From contig CAIIXF020000001.1 in assembly GCA_903813345.2 (NCBI GenBank), positions 28,024,001 through 28,088,000 of the forward strand: a DNA stretch of 64,000 nt. The letters are read 5' to 3'. How positions within the stretch are numbered: the first letter of the stretch is position 1; every line of letters begins with the position of its first letter. The notes under the pieces are model-generated. The model was given only the letters and a program-made list of their open reading frames with translations, searched no databases and was not told where the DNA came from. The position numbers and the translations under genes are program-made. Below are positions 52,453 through 64,000 of the stretch, in pieces. This DNA is from Owenia fusiformis. Its lineage: Eukaryota.

Positions 52453-52725
52453 TATACAGTTGTTGTCTAATATGAATAAAAAGAACAGTCCTGTGACAAG
52501 CTAAAACACTCAGGCAGTACAGCAGAGTATATAGGTAGAGTAGAGTTCAATACAGTACAGTGCATTACAATACAGTACAGTACAGTACAATACAGCACCG
52601 TACCGTACAGTAAGGACACAGGTTTTTAACTATGTACAAGTTCTTTCAAAAGTAAAACAAGAGAATTACATGTACTGTAGAGGTATGACATGCAAAGTGC
52701 ACTCAATAGTCCGGAATGAATGATT

Positions 52726-55700
52726 CTATTCAGCCAAATAACTATAAGGTGGTGGAGCATCATTTGTATCTTTACTCTCTCCACCCTCTTCTGTCTTAAC
52801 CTGAACTGCCTCAGGAGCAACAGCAGGAGCAGTTTCCAACTTAGGGAGCTGCTTTGGTTTCTTGCCAATCGCTGGAAGTGTTGGGTGGGGGCTTGGGAAT
52901 TGTTCTATTTTTGGTTCTTCCACAGGATTTGGTCCATGAGATGTGGTGACTGGACCGTGTGAGTACTGGGCTACCGGCTCTGAACCATGGGACGTTATCA
53001 TTGGCCCATGGGAGTAAGAGATTGTTTGAGATGTTGATCCAGATGGCACCATGGCTAAAAAACATAAAATGTATGTGGCAAGCACATTACTTTATAAAAG
53101 ACCTAGATGTACGTGTAATAATTATGCCAAAACATTGTTTACTTTCTGCGATGAATTATGACAGAATATGCTGTTATGTGTTGTTCAGAAGAGATATTTA
53201 CCAAGATTGGTTTAGTCCTCAACAATTCATGCTGTGATTGATTTAAAATAGATACCAACATATGGTGATTAGATTAGATACCATCAAACAAATACATCTC
53301 ATTACTCATTGCGATTGGATTGGTTTAGAATAGATACGAATTACACTGTTTGGAATAGACACTCATACTGTAAAAATGTGTAATGAGCTGTGCCTGGTTT
53401 AAAATAGATATTCACCAATACTTTGTGATTGTTTATATTAAGAACAGATACTCCTGGACAGACACTCACCAACATGTTGTGACGGGGTCGTAAAAAAGAC
53501 AATATGTCCATCCTCAGTCACCATCTGGCTCATTGCGGGTCTTGTCATCACTAGCTCAGGAAACACGGACTGAAAGAGGAAGAAATGCATTGAAGCTCGA
53601 ATGCGCTATTAGCTCCATAAAATGAGTTGGTTGCACCCCCGCCCAATGTGTTAATTAAATTAGTTTTATTATGTGGAGTTATATCTGTATTATATCGACT
53701 AAAACAGAAGAAATACATTGGAAAGGTGTGGTATCGATATGGTGAACTTATTTTACACATCGTCAATTTAATGGTCATCTTTTGGATGATAACATTATAA
53801 TTTGAATTATATATTATATATATCCTTTTCTCTATAATGTTTTAGGAAACATATCAGACACCTTCTTTCGTTCTTGGTATCATATGTTCGGAATGAAATG
53901 AAACATACATCTACTAGTATCCGAACCTCATTGGAACAAAACGACATAAACACAACGTGTGTTTAGGTCTCTCAATATTGTAATTGTACAAAGGAAAGTT
54001 TAATTTATTTTAAAAAAGTATCTTGTTAATGAAATAAAAGGTTTATCTTAATACTTATCTATTTTAGGGGGTTTTGTTTTAAGTTTTTTGCATACTTTTT
54101 GTTAAATCCTTTGTATAACTATAATATTGAGAGGTCTAAGAAAATGTTGTATATGCTATTTTCTTCCAACAAGGTTCGGAAAGACATTTTATTTCATTCT
54201 CGAGAATTGGTAGAAAGAAACAAAAAACAATTGCACAAAAAAATGTTAACAAAAACAGTTATATAAAATACATATAACATAGAGAAGAGCACAAGTTTTT
54301 AAAGGTAAACTTTCAAACGCTAAACATTTAACTAGATTACGTATAAGCGCCCACAATCTAGAGATAGAGAGAGGCCGATATACAAAACCAATTACTGATC
54401 TTAATAGTCGATTTTGTAAAATATGTAAGGACTCGGTTATAGAAGATGAAACACACTTTTTATTCAAATGTAAAAAATTGGAGTTTATCAGAAAATCCCA
54501 TATTGAAAAACTTGAAAACCTGTGTAGTAATTTTAAAAACATGAATGATCACCAAAAGACAATTTTTCTATTGACGAGTGAGGGGATCATATTAAAAGAA
54601 GCTGCTGACATGATAAAGTATCTAATGATTGGTAGAGACAGGATTCTTATATCAAAGTAACATTTTATATATGTCATTTGAAGAATGTAATCCTATTTTC
54701 TTTACTTTATTGCTATATTTACTGTTATTGAAAACTGTATATCGGATGTACGTTTGGCCCTAAAAGGGCATCAGTACTAATAAAATCCTATGCATACATA
54801 TAAATAATTTTTGCATTAAATTTATGCCAATCAGTCAACATTACATAAATGACCGTGTTTTTACAGAATGTTTTCAATAATTGCTGGTTTAAGAGAAAAA
54901 CGTTGTTAAATTCAGTTCACCATATCGATACCTATCCTTTTCTTTTGCGTTATTTCTGTAAACGCTCAACATCATAGAAATCACAGGTTAAGGTGGTCGT
55001 TCGTTACCCCTGTTTTTTTATTTACTGAGCAGAATCAAATTGTATTGAAAATGTAGAATGAACCTACAGATATGGAGCTTAGATAGAAGTTGGCGAAGAC
55101 GATGCCTAGGACTGCCGCGATGGAATTTAGTACGCTGAACGTGATAGTCGCCCAAAGTAACCCCTGGAACGTGCCGCTGATAGAGTCGCATGAAGCCACG
55201 CCCGAGTACTCCGTTGGTTGTGTGGACAGACTAAAAATTAATATGTCAAGTCATTAGCCAGGTTATTATTGCTTTGAAACAGAGATTTATTTGTTCTGAA
55301 AGAATATTGAACCTATCTTGCGCTTTGAACCTACAGTTTTCTCCCACAAGCATGTTACAGTGTTTAACTTGTATTTACAGATTTATATTACTTAAAAGCC
55401 TGTCATCATTTTTAGAAAAATTGTTAAATCAAAATTAAACGGTGGAGTGTGAAACTCAGCAATTTTTTTGAGAAAGTGTTACTGTGAGACAACACCTCCA
55501 TCCCCCTCTTCGAACGATTTTGTTTCGATCGATCGATTAACAAGAAACTTTAAAAGAATTCATCAGGGTTAGATAAGAAAATAACTTCCGAAAAGTGTCT
55601 TATTTCAGTATATTTCCATTCCATAATATTACTTGAAATGCCTGTTTATAAAGATCCAAAACAATAACCAGTGAAGTTAATTTACTTCGGAGTAAAATGT

Positions 55701-57619
55701 TTTATTTTCGATGTTATCTGAAGTAAATGAACTTAGGTTATTATTAATATATTACCAGGGTGATGGATTTACACAGAAATAACCAGTGAGATTACAACCT
55801 CATCTTTGTCCTAATATCCTTAAAACGGTTCCGCATTTCGCCTTTTACCTGAATCCGTAAGACTCGCAACTGTTCTCCTTGTATATGCTACAACAGTAAC
55901 AAGACTTGGCCGCAAATGACATCTCACAGTTGGTTGAGACAAGTCCAACTGTAAATGCGCTTCTACCACAATTTGCTGTACCGCTGTCACTACTGTAGGC
56001 ACAATCGGCAAATGTTGTTTTCTGCAACAAAAAATTTCTTTAGGCTGTAAAGAATTTGATCTATTGCGGCACCCTACGAATTAAAACACATGGATTATGT
56101 TGTTTTTCATTATACAACAAGTTCTTTTTAAAAACATCCCGTGTTTCAAACTATATTTGATAGCCTATCGAGAAGCAAGAGTAGAGAGAGCAGCTGTCAT
56201 AAGGCCATTCTGATGGTTCACCCCCATTGGGGTTCACCATTCTGAAACTTACATTTGTGATCTCTCACTTTAATGGAGGCCTTGTATTATTAGGGGAGGC
56301 ATCAAAAGATCAATGTCTGATAGGAAACTAAATAAATCTAGTTTTGAGTTGGACCGCCCCCCCCCCCTCCCCCTCAAAACTAAATACAATGAAAGTTGAT
56401 CGCGGACTTTTCACATGTTTTAGCGACTCAATTTGGACTTTCATGGGGCCAGTACTATAACTTATTTATGATTCTTAAAACATGTGCCAACAACAATAGG
56501 CATAATATTACATGTTGCATGCATCTTGGTGAAGAAGGCATCTGATAAAGTCTTTATTTTTAAACCATTCCAAGGCATTTCGAGTCGAAATTGCGAAAAA
56601 TTTAAATGTTGAAATTTGTCGGATAGCAAACTGAAATAGCTTTGACCCCCTCCCCCAAACTAGATTGATTTAGTTTTCTATCAGACATTGATATTTTGAT
56701 GTCTCCCCTAATGAAAGTACACGTTGTTCCACTTACTGCAATATGCGAGGCCTCTACGCCATCAATAAGAATAGCGGGAAATGCCATAAATAGTCCGATG
56801 ACGTGAAACACTATTCCCGTCAGTATCCAAGCACGTCCCTTCTTGTGCATGTAACATCCTACGATTAATGCTATTCCACCAAGAACAAACTGAAAACAAA
56901 TATGCACTTTATATATAATTGATTAATGTCATTTTTCTTAATTTCGATTCTTTAATATAATGTGCAACCTTTAAATATTTGTAATTCATAATCATAACAT
57001 TTTCAAGCAAGTGTGCAAAATGGTCGATCCACCCCACCACCTGCAAAAATTGGACCCGTCGAAAAACGGAAAGGAGTCATGTACGCACCAAGATATGAGG
57101 CCAAAAGCCACCACAGCTGAGGTTAGAGGTATGAAAGAACGTGGCAAGACCGAGTCCGAAGGCAATAACCGAGATGCTCACTTCGGCTATGGCTATGCTC
57201 ATACACTGGCGTCTTTTCTCAGTCTTGGCTGAAACGTATCAAAGCAAGATGTAACGTGCATTTTTGCATTTTTATGATTCTTCAAATGTTTTTATTTTTA
57301 TGTGGTAAAAGGTTAATGTAGATAGATGCTACAAATGAAAGACCAAATTTGAGAACAATTCAGAATAATATATGTACGTACCTTCGTTTTTTTAACATAA
57401 GGATTCTTATAGATATAATAGTCTCTTTAGAATAAGAGGTGCATGATTCATGAACCCCTCCCAATTTTTACATGTCATACCGCCTACTAGGTGAGCTATT
57501 TTGAATCTTACTATTGACTTTGGTCAATTGTGTCCAGACTTACCTTCGTTTGATGCCGTTGTCCTCGGAGACTCTGCAGCTGGTGTTTCCCCCGACTGGG
57601 TGGGGGGCACGATCTGCAT
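52726..57619 (-). CDS. TMEM255: TMEM255/FAM70-like four-TM protein with C-terminal PPPY motif, 7 exons
   Basis: Exons 57544-57619, 57089-57228, 56737-56889, 55849-56021, 55068-55230, 53470-53569, 52726-53054 (phase-consistent). Motifs ILIDGVEASHI, SCYCCSIY, EYSGVASCDSI...LLWATI and APPPYSY match my recollection of FAM70. Confidence 0.78.
54320..54800 (+). mobile_element. 3' fragment of a non-LTR retrotransposon (CR1/L2/RTE-X-type C-terminal zinc finger)
   Basis: Translates as LTRLRISAHNLEIERGRY...RFCKICKD...EDETHFLFKC, with a stop at 54660, then a 3' UTR and AATAAA at ~54779. Confidence 0.8.
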
Positions 57620-58638
57620 ACTTCACGACTTCAAGACTGGTTTGACACAATAAAATTGATATAATGATTAGGTTTTATTGACACAGCCTAACACTGAGAT
57701 ATTCTTAAAATTTCCAGTTTTGATTCTCTTCAACTGTTCACATTCAAGCACTCAAGTAGGGCTCGGTCTTTCTCTATTCTATTGTGACAATGTTTTTTAA
57801 CCGTGGAAGGGAAAATGTCCGGGGAAATGGAACCATTTGGCATTGTTTCGATTCTTTCTCAGGAAAACCATTGATTATGTTGTTGGTGTTTGTTTCATGT
57901 GATAAGATGTTCATTGTTTTTCAGTTTTTAATAGATTTTGTTTGCCATTTGGCTAATGCGCCTAGATATACTAATAATATTTTTTCAGGCATCTACTTCC
58001 TCCAGATTTTATCAATTTCAATTAGTTTATATTTTCAAGATCCTGTATAATTGTTGGTCGTAACTTATAATACTCACCTAAAAGCTGGACTACGTAACCT
58101 TCAAGTTGGGAACCTAACTGGGTTAGGGCATCAAAATGGCTACTGCCTTAGTAAGTCCTTTTACCATACAACAAAAGATGGATTACCAGGTCATGAAAAA
58201 TTCTATACGTATTTAATGGGTTAATCTTAAAGGGTAGCCTGAATGAACATTTTGATAGGATTATTGAATTTCAATTGAAGCCGGATTAGTAATTGAAAGA
58301 CCCGAAATACGGAAAGTAAATTTTGTAGCAATTTGAACTGAAATTGTTTAAAATGAGGATTTGGAAACGAACTCTCTTTCCAAATATACATGAAATCATA
58401 CTTGTATACTCTTCTCCATAAAAGAACCTAAATGTAATTGTTAGAAATCACCAATATAACGTGTTTGTTCACTTTTAAAAAGTTAGAAACTATTACGTAA
58501 TATTTGTTTGCATTGAAGGGGTCTCTTTTCCGATCTGTCATTGTCGTCAGGGTGACAAGGTCAAACAATTCGGGAAAGGTCAACCAAAATTTAGAAGACG
58601 TGTTTTTATTTTTTGTAATATTTGCACGATTTATCAAA

Positions 58639-61600
58639 ATGTATGAAGATAACAATTCGGAGATGGGGCCTAAGGGTACCTTTGAAACATATAGAGCAGA
58701 AGGAGATACATTGTTCAAACAAGGAGAATACAATAAAGCCATAGAAAGCTATTCAACTGTGAGTTCATTTTTGATATCTTTTTCAAAAAAAATTAAATTT
58801 AGGCCTAGGCCTATTTTTAGGCCTAAATTTCAATTCAGATCTATATGAATAGGTCTGCGCAGTACATAAACGGTTGTTAATTTGAACACGTACATTTTAT
58901 GACATGAATTGATCATGCCCTTCAAGTTCTTCTTTGCCTTGGAGAAGAAATTTAAATGTGGATGTCGCTGGGGGTCAAGCCCGGGGGGTCATGGAAGGGA
59001 AGGGTTTCTTCACGTCACCAGAGTCGTAGACATACAGTATTGATGCCTTGTTATTTGGAAGAAATCTCATTTTCAGGCATTGGAGATAGAATCTACTGAC
59101 AAGAATTGTCTTGTCGCGAGGTCGAAATGTTATCTTCAACTCGGTGATACAGAACGTGCTCTACATGATGCTGAATCAGCCTTGGCAGAAGATAAAGAAT
59201 TTCACAAGGTATGGATTACTAGTATCAGAGACATACAATAACGTTTTATAATGTTTTATATGTCTGTGCTGGTATTGACAAAAACCAGAAAATGAATTTC
59301 ATTAATATATCGTTCATAGTTATGCATCTCATTACTTATAAATTCATTCCTACAATATTCCAATTGATTAATGTAATTATTTAACAATAAAATGCAACAG
59401 ATAGATGTCTACATCACTGGGGATGAACTGGAAACGAGGGAGGTTTTGCCTCGTATCAAAATGGCGGCGCGTGAAAAAATTTCATTCGGTAAGGTTTTTG
59501 TTTTTTACAATTTTCGTGCTTTTATCCTTCAAATTAAAACTTAATATTTGGCAAGTAAATAGTTTATAAGTTCCGGTTTTATAATATGATTGCAAATTAG
59601 AAATCAATACAGAAATTGCTGAGATATTTACATTTCAATTCTCTCACATAGGAAACGAGGCACCTGTCTACATTTTGTAACAATGAAACGAGGCAATGTT
59701 TGACTTGCAACGAGGCAACTATTCTTTCTGTGATAGTGTCTACATTTAATGATCTTATTTCCACCGTTCTGGTCACATACGACCGATTACGTTTCACACG
59801 ATGTACATGATTATATATGTACATGTAAGAGTTAAAAAGAATAACCATATTGTTCATAACAGTCATTCCATATATAAGCAGACATTCATGTCGCCACGGG
59901 TTTTTTCTCAAGCGTTTATAGATATATATAGAAACTTTTTAAGAACATCTACTTAGGACCAATACCCACTTGTACAACCACCAAACAGAAAATTTTAATT
60001 GTTTGGTAGTAAGTGAGAATTTGTTCTAACTTAATTTGATGACAAATTCCTCAGGTACGTTATGTCGCCAGAGTGCATGGTGATGTTTTATAAGCACAAC
60101 TGAAGTAGTTATAGATTTTAGAACACATCCAAACTTCCTGAAAAGATACCTGTGGGTATTTACTGTATTTTACCAACGTTTCGAGTAATTTAATCCTTTC
60201 CAACCTAATAATCAGATGCCCGGAACCCATGTCGCCAGTTTTTTTTTCTAAAATACCACTTTAGATATTTCAATTTCTAGAGAATGCACGAATCACTTAT
60301 ATGTTTAACCCAGAGTGATATTTTATCAGAAAATGATTTCTCAAAATGCATGCAAAGTTTAAAAACTGTATTCTATCCAGAACAAAAGTTATAGGTCATA
60401 AAGGTGTCATTTTTCAATTCAAAAGATAAGGATTTTAAGGTACGTTACAACATTTCCCAACATTTTGTAATATCTTGATGGAATTAGTAAATAAATTCTT
60501 GAATATGACAAGGCGGACATTCAATACAATGTGCTCATTACCTTTGTTCGCTCTGTTGTATTGCTTTATTGGAACATGTAATGAGTTTTCCTCATGTACG
60601 TTGCAATAAGGTACGTTACGGAAAGTGCGAAATAAGTTGATAACTCAGCAATAAATGCTGCTAACTAAAGTGGAGGAGATCATCACGTGATCTCATGATA
60701 CGCCATACTTTATTTGCAGTCAAAGGAAAAGGGATTTCTTCCTAATAATCCCTAAATAATACAGCAATCGCGTAAGTACAACACCTGTATCTTTTGCCTA
60801 AGCAAATGTGGTTAATCAAAGATCTAGGATATCCCGATTCGGTTGAAAGGTATTCTAAATAAACAACTTAATTGGTCATTGTTAAAACATGGTGTCAACT
60901 TTTTTCCCAAATCACATACGACTTGAGTTTTATATCAATTACGGTACGTTGCTTTTGATAACGTCACTTAATACTTGTTTTATTTCTGTCTTAATAGTGG
61001 TAACTAACCCGGGAATTCACAATTTGTTGCAGAATATGGCCAAGACTAAAGCAGAAATTCAAAAGAACTATACAGGGCGTATAAAAAAAATCACAAAACT
61101 AGTAATTTCATTTAATGTACCATAAAGCCATGTCTCTCCTCTTTGCAATGATATGTCATTCATTCACACGTGGTAATGGTTGGGTGAGAAATCCTTCCAT
61201 TTGCACAGTGGGTCAAAATCGGCTCTGCGCCAAGTTTTAGATATTGAAAAAATCAGTGCAAGGGCTAAGTGCCAATGGAAGTTCCCCTGACTTTAATTGT
61301 TGTGACTTTTTCTTTTGGAGCTATCTCAGGAGCATCTGTGCTCACAATTCATCCACCAGATATTGCAAAACCTCGAGAAAGATTTGCCCATGGGCTGCTT
61401 TTCTTTGCTTTAACCCACACATGATTCAGGGCTGAACCATGCATGACGTGGACAGATGAGCGCATCTTTATGTGCAAGGAAGTGGTGGCAATTTGGAGGG
61501 GTATAGGACATATTCTTGCAAGAGTATGAGTATGAACACTTTACTGTCTATGCCATACCTGTCACACCTTCTTCCAATAGCCCCTATGCCCCTTGTACTG

Positions 61601-63876
61601 ACTTTTGCAATGTCTGGGCTGAATTTTGCCCCACTTTGCAAAATTAATGATTATTCGGCCAGAGAGGACTCCCTGTGAATGAATGATATTCCATTGCAAA
61701 GAGGAGTAATTTGGCTTTTTGGTACATTGAATTAAAAGGATGCAGTCAGCATTGGTTTTATGTTTACGTCTGAATATTGCATCGGGCTCCGTACACTGAC
61801 TTTTGCAATGTTTATTACTTGATTCGAAGCCCATTTTTAATTAAATATGGTTGCCTCGTTTCATTCTTAAGAATGCTATATAGCTGCCTCGTTTCCTTGA
61901 GAAACATGCCTCGTTTCCTAAGTGAGAGAATTGATATGTAAATATCTCAGCAATGCCAGTATTGATTTCTAATTTGTAATCATATTATAAAACCGGAACT
62001 TATGAACTATTTACGTGCCAAATATTAGGTTTTAATTTGAAGGATAAAAGCACGAAAATTGTAAAAAACAAAAATCTAACCGAATGAAATTTTTTCACGC
62101 GCCGCCATTTTGATACGAGGCAAAACCTCCCTCGTTTCCAGTTCATCCCCAGTGTACATGCAATAAGTTGTTTATTTTTCATGGTATTTATACAGGGTGC
62201 CATAACGTCTTCTCATACTTTATATAGCCTACATTGTATTATAATTGTAAAGAAACTCTATGCGCGCATTTTATTCTATTCATAAATGCTTTTCAAGATG
62301 GCTGTAAAATCAGCCAAATCGTTTGCCAATTTAAATGTAAATGTGTATTGATTTTAGGGGTTGTTTCAAAAAGCAGAAGCCCTCTACAGCATGGGGAACT
62401 TTGAGTTGTCCCTTGTTTTCTACCATAGAGGGCACAAACTCAGACCAGAACTCCAAGAGTTTAGGCTAGGCATCCAGAAAGCCCAAGAGGCAATTGTTAA
62501 CTCAGTGGGAAGTAAGTTAGATAATCTAATTTAATCTTCTTGTGAAATAAGTTATGTGGATTCCGTTAATTTGAATATACACATAGTTGATATTTCCAAT
62601 TACATTTACACCCAATAATTAGAATAAATTTCACATTAATGTCATCAATGTCAGAATAAAATGAACAAATTATTGTTAATTTACAATGGCGTTTTTTGTG
62701 TATTCTATTGCAATACAACATATTTTGTATCTTAAATGACAATAATTGTAATTTGTACAACTGACATATATTTTTATACGGCAGATTTATATTTCCATCC
62801 AAGGCCATAAATTGATCCAGAAACCATAGAGTTAATTGCATATATGTTTGCTTATCAAGTCCATAGGTTTAATAACTACATAAAAATGTTGACATAATAA
62901 TAATGGTTATGTTATGCCCCTGATTAGAAACAGTCTTGAGGAGATACAATCCGGGGATACAATTAACATGTTTTCAGATTCATGTATTTTCTATCACATT
63001 TTTTCTGTTGTTCAAAGTATAATGTCTAAAAATAACATTGCATTTGATTCTTAGGTCCTGCAGTAAAACTCACCAAAGAGGGTGACCTTTCATTCTTTAA
63101 TCAACAAGAAGAGGGAAAGGGACCAAAGAAACGTCCTATGTATGGCAGACCATCTACCAAGCAAAAGGCCAAGGGAAGGCAACCTCCCCCTAAGACATCT
63201 GGTGATGAGAAGACTGTTAAACAGCTTCTTGGAGAACTCTATGGTGACAAAGCTTACCTTGAAAAACTTCTTAAGGAAACTGGTGAGAAGATTGATCTTG
63301 TCCTTTTGAAAATGAATTTGCATCAAATAAACGTATGAACTGAATTTGTTTATCTTATCATCTATAACTGATTTTATTTCATTTTGACTGAGTAAAAAAA
63401 TCTTCCAATATTTTTTTATTTCCATGTGACTATTGAAGTTTTCTCTTTTTCACATTGATACACTTATCAAAGTGTCAGGTGTTATCAATATTTGTAAAGT
63501 TAATTTTAAAAGAGCAGAGACATTTTTAGATAAGCAAAAATAGTATCAAGCAATCCCTTTGAATAATGAAAAATAAAACAATATTTACACATGATCCTAA
63601 ATATGAATATTTACACTGTTATAAATATAAGTAGTAAAATTGATATGACTGCCCCTTATTCTGCAGACCCCTCCACAACCTCAGGTAACACCATCTATGA
63701 CTTGGTTTGCGAGGGACTGAAGTATCTGGATACCAGAACAGAATTCTGGAGGCAACAGAAGCCCATGTATGCGCGCAAGTTAGAGAAGCAAGACATTGAG
63801 AGGCAGCGCAAGATTGCCTCACAGGGTGGCACTCCACAGGCCTATTTTGTCAAAGAATTGGAAAAGATCAACAAAA
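58639..63876 (+). CDS. TTC25: Outer dynein arm docking complex subunit 4 (TPR protein 25), first 5 exons, continues beyond the window
   Basis: Exons 58639-58758, 59077-59208, 62358-62511, 63055-63282, 63667-63876. Motifs: CLVARSKCYL, FYHRGHKLRPELQEFRLGIQKAQEAI.NSVG, LLGELYGDKAYLEKLL, YLDTRTEFWRQQKPMYAR. Confidence 0.93.
59415..62154. mobile_element. Non-autonomous DNA transposon with CAC termini, ~250-bp TIRs and 5-bp TSD (Transib/RAG-like)
   Basis: TIR begins CACTGGG; the first 76 bp are identical and similarity extends to ~59662/61907. TSD TACAT at 59410-59414 and 62155-62159. Subterminal AACGAGGCA repeats. Confidence 0.88.
61240..61500 (+). pseudogene. Degraded Tc1/mariner-superfamily transposase fragment
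   Basis: SPDFNCCDFFFWSYL resembles the SPDLNPCDFFLWGYL catalytic-end motif; the surrounding sequence is frameshifted. Confidence 0.65.
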
Positions 63877-64000
63877 GTGAGTCCAAGTTAAATCATCCTA
63901 TTGAATTTGTGTAAAGTTAGCATGCATTACCTCTGTAAACTAATTGATGACTTGACCAAGAATTGTTGAAATATTGTTATAGCTACCATTCTGTTAAACC

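Overview
AT-rich animal (invertebrate, probably lophotrochozoan-like) genomic DNA with GT-AG spliceosomal genes; it is not prokaryotic, so most short ORFs in the track are single exons or noise. I could reconstruct four spliced genes by hand with consistent phases. GTF3C3 (TFIIIC-102, 24 exons, minus) lies head-to-head with HYI (8 exons, plus). A TMEM255/FAM70-like four-TM gene (7 exons, minus) is divergent from TTC25/ODAD4 (plus, runs off the window). There are also two intronless orphans: a KCNE-like single-pass protein and an acidic-repeat somatomedin-B surface protein. The rest is dense with mobile DNA: a young Tx1-clade LINE, many MITEs, Helentron-type and tRNA-derived elements, and minisatellites. 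The most notable signals are: (1) two unrelated CAC...GTG elements with intact 5-bp TSDs and perfect TIRs (Transib/RAG-like signature); (2) the KCNE-like gene; (3) tandem duplications of splice junctions at three consecutive GTF3C3 exons; (4) a Tx1 LINE inside a tandem repeat within a TIR-bounded element; (5) an A/B-box remnant in intron 1 of the TFIIIC subunit gene. All family assignments come from motif recognition and were not checked against databases.
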